NCBI GenBank assembly: GCA_003344405.1
Contig: NOWV01000023.1
Location: 310,001-374,000 of the forward strand
Length of the DNA stretch: 64,000 bases
Reading direction: 5' to 3'
Source of the DNA: Trichoplax sp. H2
Taxonomy: Eukaryota
Shown here: positions 11,023 through 24,800 of the stretch, piece after piece
How the letters are laid out: each line of letters opens with the position of its first letter
How positions within the stretch are numbered: position 1 is the stretch's first letter
Program-made: the position numbers and the translations under genes
The notes under the pieces: model-generated
What the model saw: the letters and a program-made list of their open reading frames with translations, nothing else
Database searches by the model: none
Told to the model about the DNA's origin: nothing

Positions 11023-13687
11023 ATGTCCTTCAAGCTTGTTGGTGACAATTTTACTCAACAGAGAGTTCTCAAGGTACAGAATCAATGTTATTAAACTCTA
11101 GTACAAGAGGTAGACATTTTACTCAAGTTAAATACGTAAACAAGATCCTCAATGCTTTACTAAATAAACGTTTGCTTGCTACTTGCAAGAAATCCAACAT
11201 CCACTTGTTGTTGTTGTACAACATAGATATATATAGGTATCTTTGTAGTCTAGCTATATAGAATCGAGTATTATCATATGGATAACTTATACCTCACTAT
11301 ACAGTAAGATGCTCACTTTTTCTTCATGGATAGTTGCATATCGATATGATATGGGTACAAGGCTAGGATTGCAATCAATATTATTATTAAACAGGCACTT
11401 GTCATGCCTAGTCTATTATTTAGTCTAACGTACAGTCTAGTACTGCACATTACTACACTGTCAATCCGAAGTTTCTCACTTCAATGCACTATATATTCAA
11501 TATATACAGAAACGTCGAGTAACGGAACTCCTGGCAAATAGCATAGATGAAGATGAGGCTCAACTCACAAAGAATGGACGGTATTGTTCTGTTGATGGAA
11601 ATCTTGATCATTAACTGTTGATTAGCCGGTATAGTGTGCGTCTTACATAAGAATTGGGCAAGAAATGATTAATTGGAAAAATTCTATTTCATCATCTACA
11701 ATCAATGGTTATACCAGTTTTTGAATGATATGAATTGCAACATACAGCATATTCAATAATGATACTTTATAATGTGATAGACTGTATATCTTCCAAGTTC
11801 ATGAGATCTTTTTATTAATACAACATATCAGCTCCAATCTTGCATACAGCTTGAATTACATATACGTATATAGTTATATACTGTACTTCACTCTCTTTCT
11901 TTATACAGATATACTATATATTGATATACTCTACCGTATATATACTTTAAGCTCTCATATCTTTAAGTAATACAATAATGATTACTTCTAGCTATTCCAA
12001 GTATTCCATTTTTGCATTGCATACACCTAATTTCATGTTAAAATATAAATGACCGGAATTATAAAAAGTATTAGCAAAATGTAGTAGTGTTTTTATATAT
12101 CTTAAACAAAAATTAATTTTTATTTGTAGTAATACTACGTATGATAGATGAGCATCCTAAAATATGACTCTGGTGCTATTGGCTCTGAATATCGCATAAG
12201 TAATAAATATATATATATAATTTCTTATCATCTAGCTATGTTTGCCTAGTATGCAGCAAACATCCAGTATTTGATACGATTGAAATGCTCTGTGTGCACA
12301 GAAAAGGCAAAAAACATGCTCACTGTAAGTATTGAAATTACGTGATAGTAGTACTGTATAGGCCAGTATTGTACGCGCGCTTTGTAACTTATTGCTTTCC
12401 GTGTCGTCATGATATAAATAATATTTATTTAAACTTCTTATCGATAGGGTCTGCTAAGCAACTTGATAAGAAAAAAGAGATTTTAGAATTATTAGAAAAG
12501 AGGCAGCAGGTGGAACCTGTAAGTATGTAGGGCATCATTAGATTAACGGTAGATCCCAGTGGTTAACATGCTATACATTAAAGCTTAAACTTTTATTTGA
12601 AGAAGAGGATGACGAAAAATGGAATCCTTCAATTTTTCGTGACATTTCATCATTATTAATAGAGTTAAGATGATTGAGATTGATAACTTAGTAATATTTG
12701 TCGAAGTAATTTACTTATTGTTTAGGTGATTTATAACTCTTGCGTTGAGATCTGTCAATTTTCGTAGCCGTTAACTATGTACATTAATAGTATTTCCAGT
12801 TCTATCTAAGTGATAGAAATAAAGCTAAATTTCTCGTACTTTAGTAGTTTATGGAATATTTTCTAATTAAATCCGTTGATATTTCGCATTAATTGAGGCC
12901 AATTACATCAATAATTTTGTATTAGGAAACGCTTGCAACAGCATCTAATGCTACCTCAGTAGACCCTCTCTTGCGGGATTCTCGGAAAAAAACCATACAT
13001 GCATTATTGACTGCGACGCCTTATAACCCATGTGTAAAGCCACGAAATGCCGTAAGCATTTTTCAACCGTTAAAGAGAAAACGTGACGAAAATCCACGGT
13101 GTAGTACTGATGAAAGTTCTAAGAACAATGAAGGTACATGTATCTCGAAAAGTAACGAAAAAAATAAAGAAAAGAAAGTCTACGTATTTCCACCCAAACA
13201 TACGAAATTAAAAAATGATGGAAACAAGTAAGTTGCCGTTATATCCTTGTATTTATTGATTTAGTTAGTCTAGGATCAATATAGTCTATAGAATAATAAA
13301 TACCGTCATCGTAGAGTATCTTTTCACTAGAGGACTTATATTAATACTTTATTATAAAATTAAAATTGATGTACCGATCTAGCCCTAAAGGAGTCAGTCA
13401 AATAGTGACCGGTCATACTACTGGTAATCCCCTAACTACAAGATATATTCAGCTGAGGAGGTAGGCTTTGTTTATATCGTAGTTGACCATGTCAACCCTT
13501 ATCTATTTACTATCGAGCTTCAAAATTTCTTGATGATATTTTAAGTAAGTAATTAATTAATTACTCGTGTAACAGTTTAGGATGGCGCTTGGATGCTAAT
13601 GGAAATTGGTTCAAAGATGAAAACGTCGAGTTTGAATCAGATGAAGAAGAACCCGAGCCATTATTTAATCAGAAAATTGCAAATTGA
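11023..13687 (+). CDS. SCNM1: Sodium channel modifier 1 (zinc-finger minor spliceosome factor), 7 exons
   Basis: N-terminus MSFKLVGDNFTQQRVLK-KRRVTELLANSIDEDEAQLTKNGR-YVCLVCSKHPVFDTIEMLCVHRKGKKH (C2H2). Acidic C-terminus GWRLDANGNWFKDENVEFESDEEEP. Exons 11023-11073, 11510-11580, 12236-12324, 12448-12518, 12926-13227, 13383-13460, 13576-13687. Confidence 0.92.
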
Positions 13688-14165
13688 ATCGTGTATTGCA
13701 AATTTCGATGATTAGTGATCAAAATTATTTATTATACGAGGATGTGACGTTATAAACTCGCGATTAAAGTGCACATCTATTTATTTATGCTATATGCAAT
13801 TTCATGTCCGACTACCGTGATACAATATTCTTTAAATATTATGATTCTTTATTAGACCTGCGTTATGTACAGTACACTGATATGCAAAGATATCAGAGTA
13901 AGTATTATGTAGTATAAATTTTTGATTATATTTGTAAATAGTGCTAGAGTGCACTCTATACTTTGTATATTAAAATTTTACGTCAATAATGTAGTAAATT
14001 ATAAGTGAGTTAAAATAGATATTATCTTTTAAAAAATACAGAGGTAACAATCAATCATTATTAAAATGATCTTATTCTATCCTACATATCAATCGTTATT
14101 GTGATAAGGCACGCGTAGTAGGATACATTTCGATATGGAACATTATTTCTCATAATTCAGTTAAA

Positions 14166-16245
14166 TTATGGTTTCCATGTAATTACTTTAATAGCTGCTT
14201 TTGCGGCTTTGATTACAGCATCGCTGGTGTCAGTTTCTTGAATAAATTGTAGCTATACAATAAGAGAAAGGCAAGGCATATAGTAATAGAACTGATGTGA
14301 GCATTTTATAATAAAATTTTGGCTTTACCTTCTCAATAACTTGCTGAAGTTCTTGCCTGCCTGATGGTGCTTCAGCAAGAGTTGTTATTGCCTACGTTAC
14401 ATTATCATAATTAGGACCATTAATAGAAAATAAAGTAAATAAGCATATATAATATTGACCATTTATTCTATCAATACCTTAATGGCATTTAGCCTAGCTT
14501 CGCTGTGAACATCGCTGAGAAGCGAGATCAGAGGGGGAATACTTTTGGATTCGATTGATTTATATTTACCCTCAGTCGTAATTGTTATGCTAGAAAATTA
14601 TGGCGAGCGAAAATTTACTGTCTGGCTTCTAGATCGATAGAATTAGGCAAAGACCAGTGATAAATTTGAATTAAACTTACACCATTAGTGCACCAGCAGC
14701 CTTTGCTCTGACTTCAGCATGATCATCTCTTAATAAGATCACTAGAGAAGGAATTGTATTTTCTTCACATGCCTTCCTTTTACCATCGAGTGGAAAGCTA
14801 GAGTATTGTATCAGAATCAAATTAGATGACTTTATAATACATATATATATATATAGATACCTTGGCGAGTAACAATTAGTGTTTTATATTATTTCGGTAC
14901 CTTAAATCCATAATGTCCCTAGCCGCCTTACATCTTATAGATGGGCGATCATGACTAAGTAGCATAGTAAAAGCACTCATTGCTGATGCTTCTAAGGCTT
15001 GATCTGTATCGATAAACATGCAGGAATGCAAAGTATCCAAAATAACCTCCTAGATGATGGTAATAAAATAGAATAGGCTCCATCTTATTTAAGAATATAC
15101 ATATGAGTATTAATATATAATAAGTTCAATATAAGTAGTGTATGTATCAGTATTAGTTATAGACTAACTCGGATATCATCTTCTTCAATCTTTAGTTTGG
15201 ATACCAAACTCTCAATTAAGCGAGCATTAATCACACCTTCCGGTCCTGGTGGTGACTGTGTGCTCATTTGGATTGCTTTATGAGCATTTAATCGAACGTC
15301 ATAGACTTCATCATCAAACTAATTGTCAATCAAATGAAATGCGCAATGTAGTTTAAGATATTTAGATTATAATTGGTTTGTTATTATTAATTGTTTCTAT
15401 ATGATTACCAGTTTCGCCAAAGGTATAATGATGTAGTTTTCTAAGAAGGCTGTGCGACCAACTGCATGACCTATAAAAATATTCGGTTAAAGATACGAAT
15501 GTTAAACTATAAAGGAAACATCATATAACTTGAACTACTTGTTACTCTCAACGTTATCGCTTCAAATAGGAAATCATTAGTTACCTGCCATAATAAACAA
15601 AACTTCTGTCGTTTTCATTCGAACAACCGGATTAGTATCGGAAAGTAATCTTCTAAGGCTAGCAACAATGCCTACATCGGTAGAAATACAAGGAAACGAT
15701 ATTATAAGTCGACAATCTCCTTGTGTCTAATTACATAAGAGTTAGATCTTGCATGAACTATACTAAACCGAACACGGTAAGCGAAATGAAGGTTACATAC
15801 TCGTATTTTGATTATAATTATCAATTATGACCGAGTTAAAATGTTTTTACCGACTCTTAAAGCGGAGCAGATGTGCTCAGCATTATGCATCACATCGCAT
15901 AAAGCCATTAATGCTCTTTGCCTGGTGATTAAGGTGGCACTGTTAAGTTCACGATTCTATTGGATCAAAAAATTCAATCACGTCTTTTTAAAAAAATAAT
16001 TTATACTTGTTTAAAAAACTATCGTAAATTACAATTTTTCATTATCAATAAAGAAGCTATTATAGACTTTGGCCTAATAAAAATCGGATAGATCTTACTA
16101 TCCGGTCTATAAGTTATCAACCCTAGTATATAGCATGAAAGTTGTTTCTTACCAATTTTGGCAGTGCTCGATCTCCATAAGCTAACGGAGCTTTAGTCGG
16201 ATCGATATTTGGCGGCAGTTGTGCTGTTATTCTTGTTGTAGCCAT
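14166..16245 (-). CDS. RSPH14: Radial spoke head 14 homolog (RTDR1, armadillo repeats), 10 exons
   Basis: MATTRITAQLPPNIDPTKAPLAYGDRALPKL-NRELNSATLITRQRALMALCDVMHN...VRMKTTEVL...ITITTEGKY...AIKVITWKP*. Exons 16153-16245, 15851-15956, 15585-15671, 15409-15470, 15169-15318, 14901-15049, 14681-14797, 14478-14589, 14329-14391, 14166-14252. Confidence 0.92.
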
Positions 16246-18866
16246 TTCTATCTATTAATATAGTTTAATATCGGTAATCAAAGTGGTAAGAAAGCAATTG
16301 ATATTCTACTTAAATGCTCTGCAATAATTAATGAAGGAATATGAATACAGGATATATGGCACAGTGCTATACCCCACTTACAACTTTATTGGCTATTGCC
16401 TAGAAGTGTTATACATACGATGTATTGAAGTTAGTTTATTGATATATTAGATACGCTTACATCAAATACAGTACACAATATTCTACGCTATACCAGACAT
16501 GATTCTTTATCCTATATGATTTGTATAATATACTTTTGGATATAAACATGCGACGTTGCTATAGTAACACTTTCAAACTGTTTGTTCTTGAAACCCTCCC
16601 TATTGGCGAGATACTCCAAGTACGCCATCACAGCTTTAGAAAAGACTTCAGGTTCCCAAATAGTGGTTAGAATAACTATACTGTCGTATTGATGCATTGA
16701 ATAATTATTCAATGTAGATCTATGCGAGCTTACTAAACAAGTAGAATTTGTGTTTATTTCGATGTCTTACGTCTCTATATTAAGCAATATATTAGACGTA
16801 TCATTTTTATCCAGAGTAAATGAACTACCCGGGTATGATATAGAGGGCGCTTGAATGTTGCATATTACCGTATTATTAGCAGCGGCATAGGCAAAATCTA
16901 CCTGATGATATAAATTTCAATCATAGATGGTTAGGATATACTATTTTACTGACTAGCTAGTTTGTTGAAGTTAATTTACAATAACAAGTAGTATCTGAAC
17001 ACTTGAAACGCATGGTAGATGTTACCATTAATTTTCGGTATTACAGCAATAGAGTCAATAGCAGACATACTATAGCGTACACGTGCATAAATATTAGCTA
17101 GTCGCTTATATAACGATTTATTACACGTAAGTTTATGAAGTAGACATGATATATACTATATTCAAGCCCTCAACTTATTCCCTACAATATTTAACTATAG
17201 TAGCAACGTGCGTGTGCATTGCTCGTTAAGGCATAAAATAGTATAGACTAACGTATAAAGCATATTGACAGTTAGTATTGCTAACTCTAGTACGATTGGA
17301 AGTATCATTTTTCCTGGTGATGTCCACAAATATTGTTAGGCCATGAATATTTTGAATTAAATAAGCAAAGCCAATGTAACTTTTTAATAGCAGTTTCATC
17401 ATTTTTCGCGATACAATTTTAAAAGCGAGCAAAAGCAAACTCAATCATATTTTAAATAACAATAAATTGAATATTAAAATGCGAGTACGCACATAGACGC
17501 GCGGGTATACTCGTACATAAGTCAATTAATATTAAAGATTTTTTGAACATAAATCACTTTTTGGATGCAGATTAAGCCGCAATATCGGCGCTGCATATTA
17601 TGATGATGAACGTTGCAATTAGTAAACAATTATCTACCAATCGTTATCCTTGATAGTAGACGTGTTTCCTTTCATACAGCGCATAACAGTTCTGCCATTG
17701 TGTTAACCATGACAAAATCGTGCTATACCCTGTTAGTTCTGAATGCTGTGTGAATTAGTTTTAAAAGCCATAAACAACAAAGCAGTCCAAGCGAAATACG
17801 ATAGCACAAAATTTGTAATAATATGCGTTAGTGTCGAAAAGAATTAATATTAACATGGTTAGAATAAATCAAACTTTTTCGGGACATAATTAATAATGTT
17901 AAACAATTTGCAAGGCCATTGAAATGCGTATTTAGATATAAGGGATTAACTATTATTGTCGATTCCTAAGTATGTTAGGGGTATCTTTAATTGCATCACC
18001 TTTATATACTTGATACAAGCTTCAGACTAAGACGAGCGATACTAATAATGACGGCTTTTTCCATACTTTCGTAACATAAAATTTATAACTTTTAGTACTA
18101 CATTTAATTGACTAGTGAGCAAGATCGTAAGAGTTTTAGAATGTGAAGTGACATTACAATCAGTTGAGATCAGGAGAAATCAATAAAAGATTGAGCAAAT
18201 ACAAAATTTGGAGATTACGAAATATAAAAATGATGATTGATATAAAAATTGTCTCCATTTCCTGGTTGTTACTAGGTGTTATTGATCGTTGGTTTTACAA
18301 ATTTAATAAAATAAGAAATCAGTCTAACAACCAGGTTGAAAGCAAGGCTAAGTAAAAGAATACTCTAGCAACTGCTAGCTAGTCGAATGCATCTTTTTCT
18401 TCTAACGACAATAAGTCGTGACTCCCAATACTTTAATATTCTTTGTATCCTGTTCGTAAAGGATCCTTGCTGAAGTGATCAGAGTATTTGAATTTGCCTA
18501 GCAACCTTAACCGGAAAAATATCTTTTTTCAACTCTGTATCAAGTTAAACTGTCTAGTGATGGGTTGCGATTAAAAATAATTTTTTTCAGTTGATTGAAG
18601 CCAATTTCCTGTGATAAGGCATTGATATTTTATCTGTCGAACATTTGTAATCCACGACACCGTATCTCTAAAAACTCTTAGATATATGTTTTACTACTTA
18701 AAATGATACTACGTTATTACTAACCTATTAAAACTATAAACAAACTGCACTAAATGCTATTAGTCACAACTACACAGTGATGGCATTAATTCATTAAGAT
18801 ATACGCCTGAAGCCGAGTAAGAGAGCCTATTCCACAAGCAATTTTGAAGGTGAAATTCCATTTTAT

Positions 18867-21800
18867 CTAGTAATGATACATCTCTCGAGGAAACACCTGG
18901 ACCGATGGGTAACTTTCGTAGCCGTTGTATATTGGTCCGCCGTCAACACCTGTCCATGCAGGCGCAGTAACTTTTTGAGGTACGCCAGTACCTTGAGTTG
19001 ATGATATAGGCACGTAATTGGTGTATGAATTTGCTGCTTCTGGTGCTGCAGGTCTATTGCCAGACATAGCATAAGCTGAAAAACGGTAGTATTTACCTAA
19101 ATTTAGTCATTACAGCTAAACAATACTCAATCATGATCAACAAGTAAGAATAGCATTAGTGGAATTCAATTGTTCGAGATCGAAATAAATGTGGACTGGA
19201 GAATTAATTCAACACATAAACATGAATATATAAATTTATATAAGATCTATAGGGTTCGGTTTGTATAAGATGTGCCGTTGCAATAAGCATTTATTTGCTA
19301 CTTGGCTAGTTTACGTAGTAGCAGATTGAATTTATTGTCAATAGTTGACTAAACTGGATACCGAGACATTTGCTAAAGACTAAGCTTTCATGATAATTGT
19401 ACAAAGTGACTGACTGTAACATATAATTACTATACTGGAGCGTAGAGCTAATTAGCTTGACATGACGCAATGATAACGGTTATAAACTGCGAATCTCTCA
19501 ATTAAACAATGCATGATAATGGTTTTCGATGTCAGTTCATTAGCATAAGAAAGGGAACTCCCTCGATCTAGACTCTTTAAACAATCGTCATAGCAGAGTA
19601 ATATAATCATATTGGTCTAGTGAACGTTCGGAGCGGGCAGAAAAAAACTGTCGATTATTACGCATGATATATACGTACAAATAGATGAGAAAATTAACGA
19701 TCCCTAGAACAAATTGGAAGATTGTCGCAAGTCTCTTGGCGCAGAATGATCAACAGCCAGTTTATAGGAATGGGTTAACTTTGCATCCACTTCAGGTCGT
19801 CAACTTGAAAACAAATTTAAGTGATTTACCCTAGTAACGTTCTAACTAAGAAGGTGAACAAAGAGACAATGCAAATGGCCGCCATGTTTCATCTTCACAC
19901 ATTCTGCTAAAAGATGTGTGAAGTTATCGGTGAGTAAGCAAAAAATTTACTTTCTTGTCATTACAGGGATACAAGTTTGTAGGAAAAGCAATCATATCCT
20001 ATTAAAAAGGCTTAATGTACACAATTTTACTTACATCACTAATATTTACGCATTGCAAATTAATTACCGTATCCTATATTCCTGCAGATAATGTAACAGT
20101 GATATCACAGTTTCAGGTTACCGTCGTAAGTACGTTTAATCTCACATTTCGTCCATGATTGTAAAATTTATGCAACGTAGCGTTGGATAATTGACACGCC
20201 TAAATTTTGGTAATTTTTTTTTAACCCTTAATATCTCATTTCTATCTCGAATAGAGAGTTAGTCAGCACAAAAAAAATTCTTTTAGACTTGTAATAAACT
20301 GTTCTAGTCTTAATACTAAGTGGTAGCTTACAACAGAACTTGGTTGCACTAGTGTATCTTCTATCAAAGGTTCATCAAAACTTAAAGTACCATACTTGCT
20401 TTTTCTAGTGCAGCTAAATCTGACCCTTAGAATGCCCCAAGATACGGTACGCTAGCGCTGTTTTCTAAACATATCAGGTACAGACTAAATAACCCCCAAA
20501 AATGATCAACCGAATTAACATTTTATACAGGGAACAACTATCTTCTTTCCATCTAGCGAAATGGTCAAACATAGATTTAAAAATACGTACTATGAAAATT
20601 AACCGACTTGAAGCGGCGTGATTTATCTAATTCACTATCTCATGTACTTACAGTATAATTTGTTCGTTAAAGAAAGGTAAATACAATTCAAGTAGGCTAC
20701 TTGAGTACTATCTGATTACATTTAATGTTATAATATATCCCGCATTGAAGAATGTACAATTTTTGATGGTGCACGCTGTAGGGTACAGTAGATTAAATAA
20801 TTGTACTAGTAATTATAAATTTCCCAAAAGGATTGCTAATACGATTAAAAAATGCGAATTTTTACATCCAGGTAGGTATAAATAGCCTCAATGAGTAGTT
20901 GCCACCCTAGATTAAGCTCCCGTCATTTTTGAATCGGTGACATCGATGTAGATCAAAGTTATGAAGTAAGATCAAATATAAAACAATCGTAGGCATTTAC
21001 GTATATCCCTAATTGATATCCCAGTAAATTATTAGACATTGGATGTATGAGAAGACAAATGCCGCTCTACTGTAGATAGAAATAAAGCGAAAAGAGTTTT
21101 CGTTTGCTTTTTCAACATACGATTATCATTATAAAGGCCAATTTGTTGAACAGCCAAGTCAGCGGTAAGCACTTTGGATTCCTCAAGTGTCCGGCAAAAT
21201 TTTTCGCTTTGCGCAATAAGGACTCCATTAACGAAGATCTATTTAGTATCAAGTTGATGGAAATCAACGTAGGTCGTTAAAATTTGATATTTTATGGGTG
21301 TGGAAAAAATTTACCTTATGGCTAAATAGTTGCACATCGTTTGGACCGTAAATTGGAACCAGATGATAAGTTGGGGCTGGAAATTGGTTTTTAGCACAGA
21401 ACTCTTCTAGTATCTGTTCAATCAAATGGAATAGATTCAAATTTTGTCTACTTTAATAAGAGGTGCAATAATTAACTTATTTAATATAGCTATGAAGTGA
21501 AAGCAAGCAATATTTTTCCTATGCTACACTTATTTAACGGACCTGGACAGGATTTTTTATTTGGTGCTTCATATTGGTCATGTTGTTTGTTGCTACAGTT
21601 GGCATTTGTTCATAGTGCTAGAGTTGGTATTTCATTCCATTAGAATTAGTAAATATAAGAGTGGATATAACGAACGCAAGTTTATTATACAATCATTAAT
21701 ACACGGATGTGAAAGAAAGCGGTACTACTGCTCTCTTCACGAGGCTTTGGTGTAGCTGGTAGTACTATTTATTTACATCGTGTCATCGCGACAGTACAAT

Positions 21801-24800
21801 ATTACTTACACCGTCCTGAGAGTATTTCTTGTTGGTGATAATATTATTTTTGGAGTTGGTAGAATAACGTGATGGGTTATTGCGTTGATAATTTGAATTT
21901 AGAGCGCCTGCACTTAAACGACCAGCGGCGGTGCGTCCACGGCCACGTCCTCTTGGTGAACTCGGTTGATTACGATTAGTAATTCTATTTTTAAAAATGC
22001 AACTTTGTCATAATAGAGTTGTAGTTCAACGTATCTTTTCTCCACGTTATTGACTGTGAAATCTGTGTTGTACATGCAGTAACTCAAGTATTCATTAATA
22101 TTAGACTAATTTGGTACAAAACTAACCGAACACCAGCAGCATTTAATTGTCCATATGGAGGCATTCGTGGAGTATAAGCATTTCCAGGAAAGGGGTTAGG
22201 ATGATAGTTTTGATATCCTTGGGGATGCATAGAACAGGTGTTGTCTTGATGGTTCATTTTGGTATTCTTTAGTTGACGATGATGTTCACGATCGACCGGC
22301 TTGGCTAATGTCACTTCGACAGTACTACCGTCAATGATTTGGCCTAAATTGTTTTTAGTAGTTATGATCCATTTCATTATTAATATGCTATACGGATTTA
22401 TATTACCTATGTATAAGAACAACAGTCCATGGGCAATCCTTTGTGAAATTTATCAAACTTAATTACAGAAACTTTCAATGATATGCGCTTGGTTGTTGTA
22501 ATAAGCATTTTTATCCGATAGTAAAAGATTACATACTCGTATATACAGTCTATTTAAACAGATTAAAAAAAAGTAGTTTACTGCTAATATTTGTAACTGA
22601 TATCTTTCGAATACTTCTGCAGTTTGACTTGACCAAATGGAAGGAAATATTACAAAAGTGGTACATTATCTCAACAATTACCGTTTTTTAGGGTGATAGC
22701 CATGTGAGCATCTTCTTTACTTGTAAAATGGATGAAGGCATAGTCTCGAATTTTTTTGACTCTTTCAACACGGGCAATGCTTTGAAAGATTTCTCTTAAC
22801 GATTCTTCAGTCGTACTTAACAATAAATTTCGAACGTATACGATTTTAACCTAAAGAGAAGGAATGAAAGAAAGTAGTAAAAAATAGGTTGAAAGAATAG
22901 TAACATTGTATTCAGTCTACTTCACCATAAGCATTTCAAGTAAAAAGGAATCTACTACTAACTGTGATCTATATTTACTAAATGCGACATCAATTGATTC
23001 ATGTCAGTATCTAGGGAGGTATGCGCCAATATAATTTCATGTTATTTTATACGTTGCAGTTTGGTTAGCTGGAAACACATGTTTGTTTTCCGTCTTAGCG
23101 GTGGGGCTGTTGGCAATGAACCAGTTGGTTACGCCGTAGCAGCCAAAGCTGATACATCTGGTAAGGCTTAAAATTGGTTTGAATATCCGTCTATCCAGTT
23201 GTGTACTGCTGTTTCATAAATTTATATTTACAAATGATAATGTCTAGGTACCCAGTTGTAGGCCTTTGATCATTCGTCGGTAGATCATGAGCTATGATCC
23301 TGTATAAAAATGATTCTGTTGAAGAGTAGTGTCAATTGTTTGCATCTTTTTTATAATATTCGTTCAGTGTGCTATTAAATTGGATATACTCGTATGGCAA
23401 TGCTTATTTTCGTGTATTACTTCAAGTTTGTACAACACTTTCATGATATATATAATTAGTAGCTGTAATTTTAGAAAGGCAATTAGGTTGCTATGGTAAA
23501 TAGTGAAGATATTCGTTCAGTGTGCTACAGCATTCGATACTTCAGATATACGCTTAGCCTACAGTGGTAACACTTTTCGTAGTAGTTCTAGTCGTAGAAA
23601 AGCTATCATTGATGTCTTGATATTGATTACGAATTGAAATCCTTGAAGATAGGATCATTGGAAGCGTATGATAGTCTATTCTAAGTTCGATAGAATACTG
23701 CCTGGTGATCATTTGAAATTCTAACTGATGGAAAGTGTACAGCACGAGGAATAGCACTTTTAGTTTACAGTGCTAGCTTCTGATCATTTAAATGGCACCA
23801 TTTCCCTACAGTTTCTACGATAGCTATATAGACTATATACGAGTCGATGTGTATGATTCCATTCCATTTTTAGAACTCTTCTATATTACACTAATCCATG
23901 CTCTAAATATGACAAGAGTCCATGTTTGGGTTGTTTTTTTACTCATATTTCATGTCTTCCAATCATTCAAGACAACGAAAACTTACTCTATTTAGTGATA
24001 GCAAAGGGTTATCTTGCTGTCTTTTCCTAGTCTTGACCTATTGGTATAGAGGATATCCAAGTCATTATACGTTGCCCATGTCATAGCCAATATTAAATAG
24101 TGCTTTCTCAAGATAGAAAAAGTCATTTTAAGAGCGTTTTTTTCACTATTAACCTATCTCGTTTATGTGATCGTCTTCGTTCCATATTTATCCATCACCA
24201 TTTATCATAACTATCTAAATAGAGTAGTTGAACTCCTCGATCCGATCTGTTCTTGATGAAAACATCTCGAATAAATGAGAGTACTTATCACGTTCTATTG
24301 GATTTTTACAGCACCGCACAGATATGCTATAATGATAGCCACTTTCCTCATGTCGATAAGTGAAAGCTTGAAATTGGGATTTGGTCTAATAGCAGAATAT
24401 TATGGCTTTGGCATCCTGTTTTGCTCAAGCATGAAAGGCTAACTGGATCGCAGCCAATAATTGTCATAGGTAAGCATGCCTATCCTACAACTGTTTAGTA
24501 GAATTTGTTAGCGTTACTGTCATGACTTGTCTCCTTGCATACCACTACTCTATCCTCCAACTATTCTGATCTTCTTCAATCATGGAAGATGGAATACTTT
24601 CCTAACTGATGACACTGTATGATAGCATGGACTTTATAGGTATCTATAAAGTCCATGATGATCGTAACTGGAGTAAACTGGTTATCACTGGTGCTATCTT
24701 ACAGAATCCAGTCAGCTTTTTTTTCCTACAAACTCTACCTTGTATATTGTCAGAGTGGTCATGCTTTAATTAAGCAACTTTACTACGGTTGCTGATGGGT

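Noticed and set aside
13240..13250. ATATCCTT as a U12 donor in SCNM1
   Set aside because: It lies inside an intron whose GTAAGT donor at 13228 already maintains the frame.
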